Position numbers and translations under genes: made by a program. From NCBI GenBank assembly GCA_001938485.1, contig MQRK01250361.1, positions 14,379 to 69,600 of the forward strand: a DNA stretch of 55,222 nt, written 5' to 3'. The notes beneath the pieces were generated by a model, which made no database searches, was not told the DNA's origin, and worked only from the letters and a program-made list of their open reading frames with translations. The DNA is from Girardia tigrina. Taxonomy: Eukaryota. Positions 27,501 through 39,500 of this stretch are shown in pieces (positions within the stretch are counted from its first letter, which is position 1; the number at the start of each line of letters is the position of its first letter).

Positions 27501-30500
27501 GGAGGAAAAATTCAGTATAAAAAGCAAAGAGATTAAATAATATGATTTTATATTGCGAGGTATTCTGATATTATTAAAATAAAACAATAAAAATGTAATG
27601 AAAATTAATAACTATTGATAATAATAAGTCATACAAAAGTTCGTGGCATCTCGTAGAGAATCACAGCGAGATCTGTGGACCGAGTCTGTACCAGCAGTCT
27701 TGTACATTCATCCAGCTGTTGCCGGTTTACATTATCGGGATAGAGGATCGCTCCTTTCGACACATTTGGATAACAGAGATTGTTACCCTCCAATTTGAAC
27801 GTGCTGTTAGTTGCGTGAGTGATGCCCGCCACCGGATAGAAGAAATGCCGACCTATCGAATCATTTAATTGTTTACAGTAAAGGCAAGTCTTTACAAAAT
27901 GGAATTAAGAGTTTGGCTGGTTTCCTAAAGCTGCTCATGAAAGAATTGATTTCTGCGTGTAACAATTTGTGAGGCTGTTTATCACTGTCTTCTGGAGTGA
28001 AACACTTCATCAGCTCGTGCATTGCAAAATAAGCCGGCATCAAATTGTTTTTCCGACTCAATAACTTTCTGATCACCTGATCGTTGATGATTAAAAACTT
28101 TTTAATTAATACATAATTATAATAAAGTCTCTATTCGAGATGTATGTCCAAATATGTCTGAGAGTGGATAATTATTTAGAGAAACTAATTAAATAAAACA
28201 TTATCTAAATTTGATCATCTAGAAGTTTGATGAATAACAATGTTTCTATTGTATTAACGTTAGGAAAAATAAAGTTTAAAATAAAATAAAAAAAACGGCA
28301 ATACATCTATCTCTCAATTTACGCGACAAATACGTTCCCAAACAAATCGAGTAAATTGAAACGTGGAACCCATAGAAAAAAAAGCAAATTTGATCTCGAA
28401 AACTAAAAATCACGTAAATCGATACTTGGGACTCATTGAACAGACGAAACTTTCAAAAATCCACATAAACTAAAACCAAAAGCACATGAAAAATACAGAG
28501 ATAAGGAATTTTTAAACAATTTTGAAAAAGTAAACATACATAAAATACCAAGTTTAATTAATATATTAATCACTGTCCACGATCAACTTCAGGAACAACT
28601 ACAGTGTTACCCAGAATAGTTCGCGCGCACAAACTAACCAAATTTTAAAAAATAATCAATTTTCTAAAAGCATTGATAAAATTAATTGAATAATTTGCGC
28701 ACCGTTTAGAATGTACAGGCATATTATTTAGATTCAATAAATGGTTGGGTGTCTATTGATCGCATACAAGTTGATCGGTTCAAATTCGCCGGGCTGTCGA
28801 TTGATCGTGTGAAAATAGATCTGGTCAAAATTTATATGTTAGAAGCAGACGTCTAAGAGGCCAAGATGATAATTATTTACCCCACCGTTATTTACTGTTG
28901 AAATATGGAATAAACAGGCAGCCGGTAGTAGTGGTATAGCCCGAACCAAAAATATCACCGAGGGATTTCATTATGAATTACAGTCTCTATTTCAATGTCA
29001 CCACCATAACATTTGGACCTTCTTGAAGAGTATCAGGGCCAAAATGCAGAAGCAGAAAGCCTACAGGGCATTACAGGTATCACTGAGTTAGTTAATCGTA
29101 GCTAATAATATGTTGATCATATAAAATCGATTTATATTAAATTATATGTTTGGAAATGTTTCTTTGTTTGTCGTTATATGTTTATGTATTGGTGTAACGC
29201 TTTTCTTTTTATTACAATATGTTGATCATTACATGTTTATATCAATTTTCAATCGATCAATTGACAGCCCAGTCAATTTGAACCGACCAATTCGTATGTG
29301 ATCAATTGATCAGATACCTCAAAAAATAAAGTAAAAAAGTTTGTAAAAACGTTACAATATACAAACAATTTCTCATATTTCTCTATTCTCATTAAAAAAA
29401 TAAATAATAAGTGATAATATATAAGAAAGTATTGAGTACAAAAAATTATTTAAATTTCTAAAATAATGATAGACAATGTCGATAAATATTTGAAGATTAA
29501 AAACATTAATTCTCAATGTTTTTATAAGCAAAATATTCTTCAAATTTCAAGATGTATACTTCATTATCAAATTTGTCATTTGTCAATTTGTCATTTTTTT
29601 TGCAAATTTTCATCCAATAATGTTAATTGAATCTGTTTTTAAAATATTAGTAAGTATAACTAAGTCTACTTTCAGTGACAGTTTCTTTTTCTACTAATAA
29701 TTGTTCATATTCATCACACAATTCAGATAATTCATCTGAATTATTAACAAAAGAAGTAAATTGATGTTTAATTTCTTCTTTCCAATCATTAAATATTTGA
29801 TCCTCAATACGGAGACATTGATATATAGTCATCCAAAGAGATTTTGTTGTAACTATCTATTCATCATTATTTTCATTGAAGAAATTTTGCTGTTTCATTT
29901 CATTTATAAAAGTTTTATATTTTTCTTTCCATGCTAATTTATTAAAATCTGTATTCCAACATTGTCTTAATGGTTCATGCAAAATAATAATATCTTTAAT
30001 AACAATATCTTCATTTAACCCACAAACAGGAAATGCATTTTGGCCATTCTTTTTTGTCTGTATTTTTACTTTCAGTAAAAAAAATAACTCTCAGTATTTA
30101 TTTAATGGATTTCTCAGTATTTTATAAATTTTAAAAAAGTATTTTAAATGAATTTTGATCCGTAAGAAAAAACCTTTTTCAGTATAAAAATCATTTATGA
30201 AGTATTACAATATAATAGTCTAAGTAACAAATTATATATTTATCAGTATTTATTAACAATATTAAAAGTATTTATAAGTAATATTTATTAAAAATATTAA
30301 GTGCTAATTCAATTGTACAAATATAAAAAGATAATTTTTAGTTAATTATTTACATATCAAATAAGAAAAGCTGAAATTGAAAAAAATATTCAATGAGTAA
30401 AGCTTTTGTTGTTTTTTTTAGGACGACCACGCTTTCTTTACTCTCCAATCGGTATATGTTTTGCTTCAGGTGGTGGTTTTCTGAGTTTTAAACGAATTGG

Positions 30501-33500
30501 TAGGCCAAGAAGATGTTTGCATATAAAATGTTTGAGAAAGTAAGGGCAAGTGCATGAGCCGGTTCGCCAATGCTCAATGTCGTGATGCACAGTAACAATC
30601 CAGATAGCAAAGGCTCACCTCCTGAACTGGTCGAAAGTTGATTTGGTCAGGGGTGGCCTTTATCTCGTGGCTTTTGGTACATAGTAAACGTTGCCAATTT
30701 CAGTCTCATTTGAGCTCACTTCTTTCTTCTCTTTTGCCCAATTATATGCTGCCGTCCAGTCTTTTAAGGAAATCGTTGTGCTTTCGCTGAATGACTTTAT
30801 CACCATGAAAATACATTTTGCACGCAGCTTCTAGAGATATCTCCAAAAAAACGAGACAGTGGCAGTCTTTCTCGAAATGTGTGTTCATTTTTTATTATCA
30901 AATTGATACGGAGCGGTTAATTTAAATACGGAGAATTTGAAATAAATACTGAAATCTTAAAACTGATAAATTGATTTTTTTTTCTAAGTGTTCTATTTAA
31001 AATACTGAGAGTTATTTTTTACTGAGCCAAAAAAATAGTCGTCATTCTTTTTTCTATATATGAGAAAATTAAAAATCACATACCGTATATACTCGCATAT
31101 AAGCCGACCCCCTAAAACTGCTTTAAAATGACCAGTGTTTGCAAAAACCTGTATCTAAGCCGACCATCAACTTGTCTACTTAATACTCCATACCAAATCA
31201 ACAAAATTGGTTCCTTTTGTCACATTTTTTAATTGGGTATCTTTGATTCATAGAAATTTGTTACTGCAAAGGTGTAAAATGCTTACTTCAGGTTACATTC
31301 TCGAAGAAATTATATATTTTGATATGAATAAAGAAGAATTTTTTTGTTTTCAATTTATTCATAAAAGCTATAACATTTCTATTTATAATTTAACGTACTG
31401 TTCTTAAAAATAATCAAAATCATTGTCACTACCTTATGTTCATTTTGTTTTATGCGCATATAAGCCGACCCCCTGATTTCAGTATTATATTTTATAGTTC
31501 TACATTCGGCTTTTATGCGAGCATATACGGTAATGAACTTTCTTTTCATCTTTTCCCATTTTATTTTCCATGCATGACAAAATTAAAAATCATATAATTA
31601 ACTGTCTTGTCAATTTAATTTTCGCGCGCAATTTATTCGGATTCTTAACATTAAAATTATTATTTTATGTAAAAATAGCCAAATAATTTGCGTGAGAGAA
31701 CTATTCGGGGTAACACTGTAGTTTTTTCTCCTCAGCTGCTTCAACGTCGCTGTCACTTGCAATATATTGGTCACTTTCAACTTCATTTCTGGTTAAAGCT
31801 TCCTTTGTTATTTTGACTGGAAACCTTGCAACCAGTTACTGTTTTTCATTTTTGGTCAAATTTTTAGAAATTTCTTCATATTAAACACAAGAATTGTTGA
31901 TATTTTGTTAAAATTGAACAGCCCGCTCAATAATTGGATCGAAAATTTATCTTACAGATTTTTTTAGAAAATTGAAGAGCCTATCTTTCTGTATAATTCA
32001 GTTCGGGGTACAGTGTAGCCGGTCTTAATAGACAGGTGGTCGGATTAGACAGCTTATATTGTTGGATTATTAAGACACGAGTAAAATAAATGTGTTCACA
32101 TTTTAAAACTAAAAACTGTGAAAAAGTAACCGCGTAAAGCTTTTTTTCAATGAATAAAAATTGAAAGAGAAACAACATTTATTTATTTCAGAGTTACGAT
32201 CTTTTCACGAAAGATCGTAAGATCAACCATGCATTTTTAATTCCATGGCATGACATAGCAGTTCTTCTTCTGCTTTTTCCAGATGAGGCAATCCAGCGGG
32301 GCACTTACTCTGAAAATAAAGTCATAACTGATGCATCCACTTGTGTGCCTCGGAGAAAGAGTTTATCATCTGGGGCTCTTCCCCGGACTTGATTTAAGAT
32401 ACGGATCTTTGATTGTCAAATATCTAGATTTCAATAGTCTACACTTCCCCATTCTCAACAAATAACATTGCACGTTACATTGTGGCGATTTTTATAGCTC
32501 TGACACCAGCCATTGGATGCTTTAAAATATTTATACTGAAGTTCCTAGTATATGATAGGGCCATTTCTTGTATTATTGAGAACATTTATTGTATTATACG
32601 TAACCTATTGTATTATACATAAACGTTTAATGCACTTCCATGAAACCACTTCCAGGTCTTTGTATTTACGGAATCGAACTGTCCAGATAGGATGACACAT
32701 TTGCAAGTTAAGCTGCAGTTGTTTTCAAAAGCGTCAAAAACACGTTTACGCTCAAGGATTGATTGTACTTGTGTTTTGCTGTAATTAAATTTCAGAGCAA
32801 GCTGTCTTTAACTATTTTCCTCGTCATCATATTTCTTGATCAAGTATATTTAATCTTGCAGAGAACTACCGGTCCAAAAACTTGTGGTCTGAAAAGACAG
32901 GTGGTCGCTTTATTCAGGTGGTCGGAAGTACAGGTTTTACTGAATATATATATACAGCACACGAAGATAAAAGGGATACTTTCTTATAAATTCGTCGTAA
33001 ATTTTAAATTAATAGCAGTTAATATTGCTGGAAGAGAGTGAATTTTATATGATAGTAATTGATAAAACACATTCTTTTAATTCTAAATTACTTTACTCTA
33101 TTAAAGCAACTTAAAAATTATTCAGGTGACCAAAATTCGATAATATCATCTAGAATAGAGTCAAACGATTTTTGATACATTTTTAAAATATATAATATTA
33201 ATTGTTTATCATACAGGTACATATATAAAAACGAACCTTTAAACAAAAATGTAATGAGCGCCGTTCTTCAGTCGTTATAACTGTCGGGAACGAATAGGAC
33301 TTTTCAATGCTCTTATTAAAGACTTCTCTGTTGGCCTGGAATAAACTCGAGATCATTATCAAGCAATTATAAATTGAACTCAATAAAGAAACGAAACGAA
33401 GAAATTAGATTAGTCGTGATTTCTATTAAGACAGAATTTCTTTTCAAATGAGTTTAACTTTTTGAATTATGATCCATTGATTTTTGCATCATTTCAAAAC

Positions 33501-36500
33501 CAAACAAATCAATTACAAGATAATCAAGATAGACCGATTTAATACATAAGAATGAATGTAAGTTTCGGTTGTGTCAGAATTGGATTCAATTTTATCTATT
33601 TGAAATTTTTTTAATACAGTTGTTTTCAAGATATAATGTGTCTAAAAAGTGTGTTAGCTTGTCGGTCACACTATGAATAAAATATACAATTGCTGAGGTA
33701 CCGGAGTGAATCCACGTAAGGACGTGGTCAATCTGGATAGCCCGCACCGAGGCGAAATTGACCGAAAATCGTGCAGATCGTTAATTTGTTAAATCAACAT
33801 CGATTTCGAATAATGACGATTTTGATGATTCCTGCGAGGAATTTCGTGAGAATTTTAAAGAAAATACTATTTTTTTGATAAGTGACGATTTCTATCACTT
33901 ATTTACTAATTATATTGTTAAAAATCAATGAAGTATTAATTTACAAATTTTTGTTATATAGTTGTCTAAAATGTTAGTTAATATGTTGGTTTGTCGGTCA
34001 CACAATAATCAAAATGTGAAATTGCGATGAAACACTAGTGAATCCACGTAAGGACGTGGTCAATCTGGATAGCTCGCATCGAGACAGTTCTGTCTTTGCA
34101 GTACCTTCACCGAAAGGCGCCAGAGCCGACTTTAGTGACCGATTGTAAAATTAACACAGGTTTCGAAACAATAAATAATAAATTATAATAATTACGATTT
34201 TAAAATTATAACAGAAACTTTCAAAGACGAAAATTTAGCACACCCGTCTTGTATGACGGGTGTTTTTCTAGTTAATAATACTTTTCTGACACAAGATAGC
34301 AAATAACTAATCATGCCAAAAAAATTTTTGGTGTACAAGCTTTTATAATTTGTCATATGTTTGCGGTTCTGTATCTATTTCACCCACTTCCCACATTAAA
34401 AAACTTGGATTGTAGTGATTTGTAATGATTTGTTGTATATAAATTTATTCAACTGAATAATTTTGCTCACAAAAACCAAAGATGAGAAAGTTCATAGCAG
34501 TGTGATTTAAATCTGAAACAAGAGAGAGAGTTTTTGTTAAAACTTGGTCTCAATTGTCTTTAAGAACACTTACTTTTCAAGAAAATATAAGAGAATGATG
34601 AGAGAAAAAAAAGTGTATTGTCACCTTCCTTAATAAGAGTGATAAGGGATAATAATAAGAGAAGGGAAGCAGAACAGAACAAGAGCCGATCTGCCGAAAT
34701 TACTCAATGAGAGAGATAAACTCCTTCAATGTACGATAGAAGATTGCTTTAAGGAGTTTGCCGAACGAAAGGAGCTAAATAGACATCTCAAGCGGATCAC
34801 ATGGAATCCACAGTAAGCATTCCGCTTCAGCTCCCAGAAGATGAAAAACCGTTTAAATGTACCAAATGCAGCAAAGGTTACAAAACGAAAGGATGGTTCA
34901 TTAGGGATCTGCGTAAAGATCATCGAATAGAAGCGAGGGAGAATATCAATGAACATCCGACAGAATCATCAGTGCAATCCAACAGAAGAAGCGACAATCC
35001 AGACAGAGACGAAGAACCTACACTTATCCAAACGACCAATTTTCANCCAGCAACAGTCACCCCGACTATTTCAACGGTGGTGGAGCAAACGACTTATCCC
35101 GAAGATACACATTTGACTTTTAGGATCGCAGATCCAAATGCGAGGGGAAAGTTCAAATGTCCCTTTCGCGGCTGTACCAAGTCCACCAATACAGCCAAAG
35201 GGATGCTCAATCATGGTACCACAATTCATGATTGGTCGTTTGCAACAGGGAAACCCAAGAAATTTCGGAGACTGAAGCACTCCGTCCCCGTAGGAGGCCT
35301 ATCGGGGGGCAGCTAGCACTCTTTAGTTTGGGTGGACCATCTAAAGAGCCTAGTGGCTCAATACCATTCGAAAGAGATGGGAGGCCCAGATTGTCACCTA
35401 GAATACATCAGTCCTGAAAGTTTCATATCGCTAGGTGAACGGGAAGTGGGTGAATTTTCGATCGCAAGATTTGATGCATCCAGACAAACAAACAAATGAA
35501 ACGTAATAAAAGCTTGTAAAAAAGTAAAAATCAATACGATAAATAATTAATAATCAAGGAAATATGATCTAAATGGGGAATTTTTTATTTTGAAATTATT
35601 TTTATAATTTTAAAGGATAATTTTGTGCCATTTTTATCGACTCTATGTTGGTAAATTCTATTCTTATTTTACAGTGAATCGATAAAAATATTGCTATCGT
35701 GTGATGATATCACATCCCGCAAAAGTGAGTACAGTTTAAATCATGGATTGAAAAAAAATTGAAATCTAGATTCATAAAACCAATCTCACATATAAATCAA
35801 AAATCGCTAATATAAATCAAAAACTCAAATCGAAATTCAAAAGAAAAAACTCAAATTTAAATGAAAATCATTTCGAATTGAAAAAAATCTCAATTCAAAA
35901 TGAAAAATTCTCCCTTAAAATCAAAAGGAGACATTTTCTTTAAATTTTGTAAATTTGAACGAAATTATTTCACGAATCAATTAGTTTTTCAACCATGGTG
36001 TAGTGACCATACAAAAAATCAATAGAAATTTTATACTCATGCATATTTTTTCCGTGACAAATTCAAGGAGGATCTCATTGCCGTGTTTGGAACATCATTT
36101 TTCCAATCTTGTGATGTCTTATTGTTAGTGTGAGACTCACTTAATTCAATCTCAAATCTTTGCCTTGGAATTATAAAACCGTCCTCAAGAGCAATTCTTG
36201 AACAACAAGCTATTATTATAGCCACAATTATATCGACAATAATTACTTGAATAACAATTCGGTTTTATAATTCCAAGGTAAAGATTTGAGATTGAATTAA
36301 GTGAGTCGAATACAAACAATACGAAATCACAAGATTGGAAAAACGATGTTCCAAATACGGCAATGAGATCCTCGTTTAATTTGTCACGGAAATAAATATA
36401 TATGAGTACTTGATTTTTTGTATTAAATAAAAATCAATATTTTTTAATTAATTATTTATATTTATATACATTTACATATTATATATACATAATTATATAC

Positions 36501-39500
36501 GTGGCTGTGTAGGTAACTAAACATGGTTTTAGATACGAGTTAAAGTATCGAATATTCTGTATGTGAGGAATATTTTAAATTGATTGAATGTGTGAATGTA
36601 TGGATGCTGTATGTTGAACTTAGAATGGTGATTCTCCCACCCAAATGGAAATAGATATTTTTTGAACTTACAGTGATTGACTATTCGAACATAATTAAAA
36701 TAATGATTTGATAAGTTTATATTTTTAAAATTAACAAGTAAAATTAAATTTAATATATTTTTAAAAAAATAAAAAGAAAGACATTTAATTAAATTTAAAT
36801 TAAATTCATTTTTAACAAAAAGTTTTATTTTTTTAAAGTTTTTAAAGTTTTATTATTTTGAGTGATTATAAAGAAATGGTTGAAATTATTATTTTTAATT
36901 AATATTTTTAGAAATTATATATTTTAAAAAAATAGAAAAATTGTTCGAATAATCATTGATTAAAAATAGAAAATTAAAAAACCAATTAGAGTGATGTCAA
37001 ACGGTGAAAGATCTTCTGATAGTTCTGATGACTCTAAATTGTGTAGTAATAAAAATTCAAATGAAAATTGTCTCAATTTTCTTAACATTATAAAAATATA
37101 TAATTGTAACTTAATCTAAATAGTTTTTATTTTTTAAATAAATAATTAGACACAGGAAAACAATGATTAAATAAAAATATTATTTTCGAAAAATAATGAA
37201 TCGCTAGTAATGGATTTCTTTTGATTTTGTTGCATAATCAATTATTGCACAATATTTATAAAATATTTTAAATAACAAAATATTGAAAAAAAATTCTGTC
37301 TGTGATGATACACGAAAAAATAAGCCACGTCCCCATTACTTTATAATCCAAAGATGGTAACAAAATATTGATATACGAGTAACACAATCGGAAGTAGTGT
37401 TTATTCTCGATTTTCAACGACTCCGAGTTGACGAGCGCTATCGCAATATCTCTACAACAACAGTTTTAATAGATAAATCGATCGATAATCGATATCGAAC
37501 TTGCAGCTGTAAATGTCTTCTTCGATGAAAATCGATAAAATCTTAAACAACACGTGCAAATTATTGATATTTTTATCAACAATCACTTTGATCAAGAAGT
37601 TTAAAGCTGAATTTTTCTGTGGAAATGATAAAAAAACGATAAAATAATTGTCTTAAGTAAAAATCATCGGGTGTTTTTGACTATAGAGTCCCACTGATTT
37701 AAGAGTATAAGTCAATGGAGACAATTGAACTATAACCGCGTGTTCGATCTTCGTTTTTGTTTTGATTTTGATGTTCATTCAAATTGTTTATTGTTTTGAA
37801 TCTATTTAAAATTTGTTTCTAATATTTTATTTTCATTATTTTTTAAAAAGAAATTTTAAATTATTTCTAAAAATATTCGTCGTCAAAAATCAACAAATTT
37901 CAAATTTTAATAAGAGAAAATTGATTTTCGTTCTTTGAAAAAAATTGTTAAACTATCAAATATTAGATGAACATAAAAAAATAATGAAAATATTTTTTCA
38001 ATCATTTAAAAATTGTCAAGTTCAAATTGAAAAAAAATAGAAAAAATTAAATACAATATTTATTAGAAATAAATTGAAATAATTTATTTAAAAATTATTA
38101 AATATTAACTGAAAAAAACAATTTATTTAAAAAATTAAAAAAAAAGAATTTCTTTTGAATTAATTTAAAATAATTATTGATTATTTTAAAACTTATATAT
38201 GTTAGCTAAGAAATGAAAAACAATTTTTTAATTAAAATAATTTATTGAAAAAATTATTTAAAAATTGTCAAGTTCAAATTGAAAAAAATAGAAAAAAATT
38301 AAATACAATATTTCTTAGAAATGAATTGAAATAATTTATTTAAAAATTATTAAATATTAACTGAAAAAAAACAATTTATTTAAAAAATTAAAAAAAAATT
38401 CTTTTGAATTAATTTAAAATAATTATTGATTATTTTAAAACTTATATATGTTAGCTAAGAAATGAAAAATAATTTTTTTAATTAAAATAATTTATTCAAA
38501 AAAATATTTAAAAATTGTCAAGTTCAAATTGAAAAAAATAGAAAAAATTAAATAGAATATTTCTTAGAAATAAATTGAAATAATTTATTTAAGAATTATT
38601 AAAAATTAACTGAAAAAAACAATTTATTTAAAAAAAATAAAAAAAAGAATTTCTTTTGAATTAATTTAAAATAATTATTGATTATTTTAAAACTTACATA
38701 TATTAGCTAAGAAATGAAAAACAATTTTTTTAATTAAAATAATTTATTCAAAAATATATTTAAAAATTGTCAAGTTCAAATTGAAAAAAATAGAAAAAAA
38801 TAAATACAATATTTCTTAGAAATAAATTGAAATAATTTATTATTAAATAATTAATAATAATAATTAAAATAATAATACGAATAATAATAATAAAATAATA
38901 ATAATTAATTATTAAATATTAACTGAAAAAAAACAATTTATTTAAAAAATTAAAAAATAATTTCTTTTGAATTAATTTAAAATAATTATTGATTATTTTA
39001 AAACTTATATATGTTAGCTAAGAAATGAAAAACAATTTTTTTAAATTAAAATAATTTATTGAAAAATAATCAAATATAATCCGAACAAAATATTAAAATT
39101 ACAAATTGTAAAATGTTTCAATTGAAATAAAATTCGTTTCTTTGGAAATAAAAATGGTATACAATATTTAGATGGTCGTTTCGACCTCTTTTTGGGGGGG
39201 GCCTAAAGATTAGAGTATGATAGATACTTTTTGGTTTGTGTGGACCCTTTATGTTTTTATTCCATCGTTTCCCCTGAATTGTTTTTCGCTTCAATTGAAT
39301 TAAAAATCGTTTAAATTGAAATAAAATTTGTTTCTTTTGAATAGAAAAACGTTTCAATTGAATTAGAAAATGTTTCAACTGAAATAAAAATCGTTTTAAT
39401 TGTTATAAAAATGGCATAAAACATAGGGGTGGTTGTTTCTAACAGATAAGCGAAAATGACGTCCAAGAGCGAAGAAATTCAACCTCTAGTCGGGGCGGTC

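Larger units (their letters stand above)
28602..31718 (-). mobile_element. Tc1/mariner-superfamily TIR element (non-autonomous) hosting three nested insertions
   Basis: TA|CAGTGTTACCC.GAATAGTTC ... GAACTATTC.GGGTAACACTG|TA. Confidence 0.75.

Noticed and set aside
33727-33770. Hammerhead-like arrangement GGTCAATC...CTGGATA-GCC...GGC-GAAA-TTGACC
   Set aside because: The core is CTGGATA rather than CTGATGA, stem I is absent, and the second repeat copy does not keep the pattern
35260-35389. HDV-like ribozyme at the end of the ZnF insert (minus strand starts CTGGGCCT and later has AGGCCT)
   Set aside because: No P3/L3 and no GG for P1.1 after the P1 3' strand; kept only as a structured end
34627-35389. 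Helentron gene capture as the origin of the ZnF ORF
   Set aside because: The 10-bp direct duplication indicates a later insertion into the element rather than rolling-circle capture
38005-39065. CRISPR-like array
   Set aside because: Whole units repeat with no unique spacers, and the context is eukaryotic
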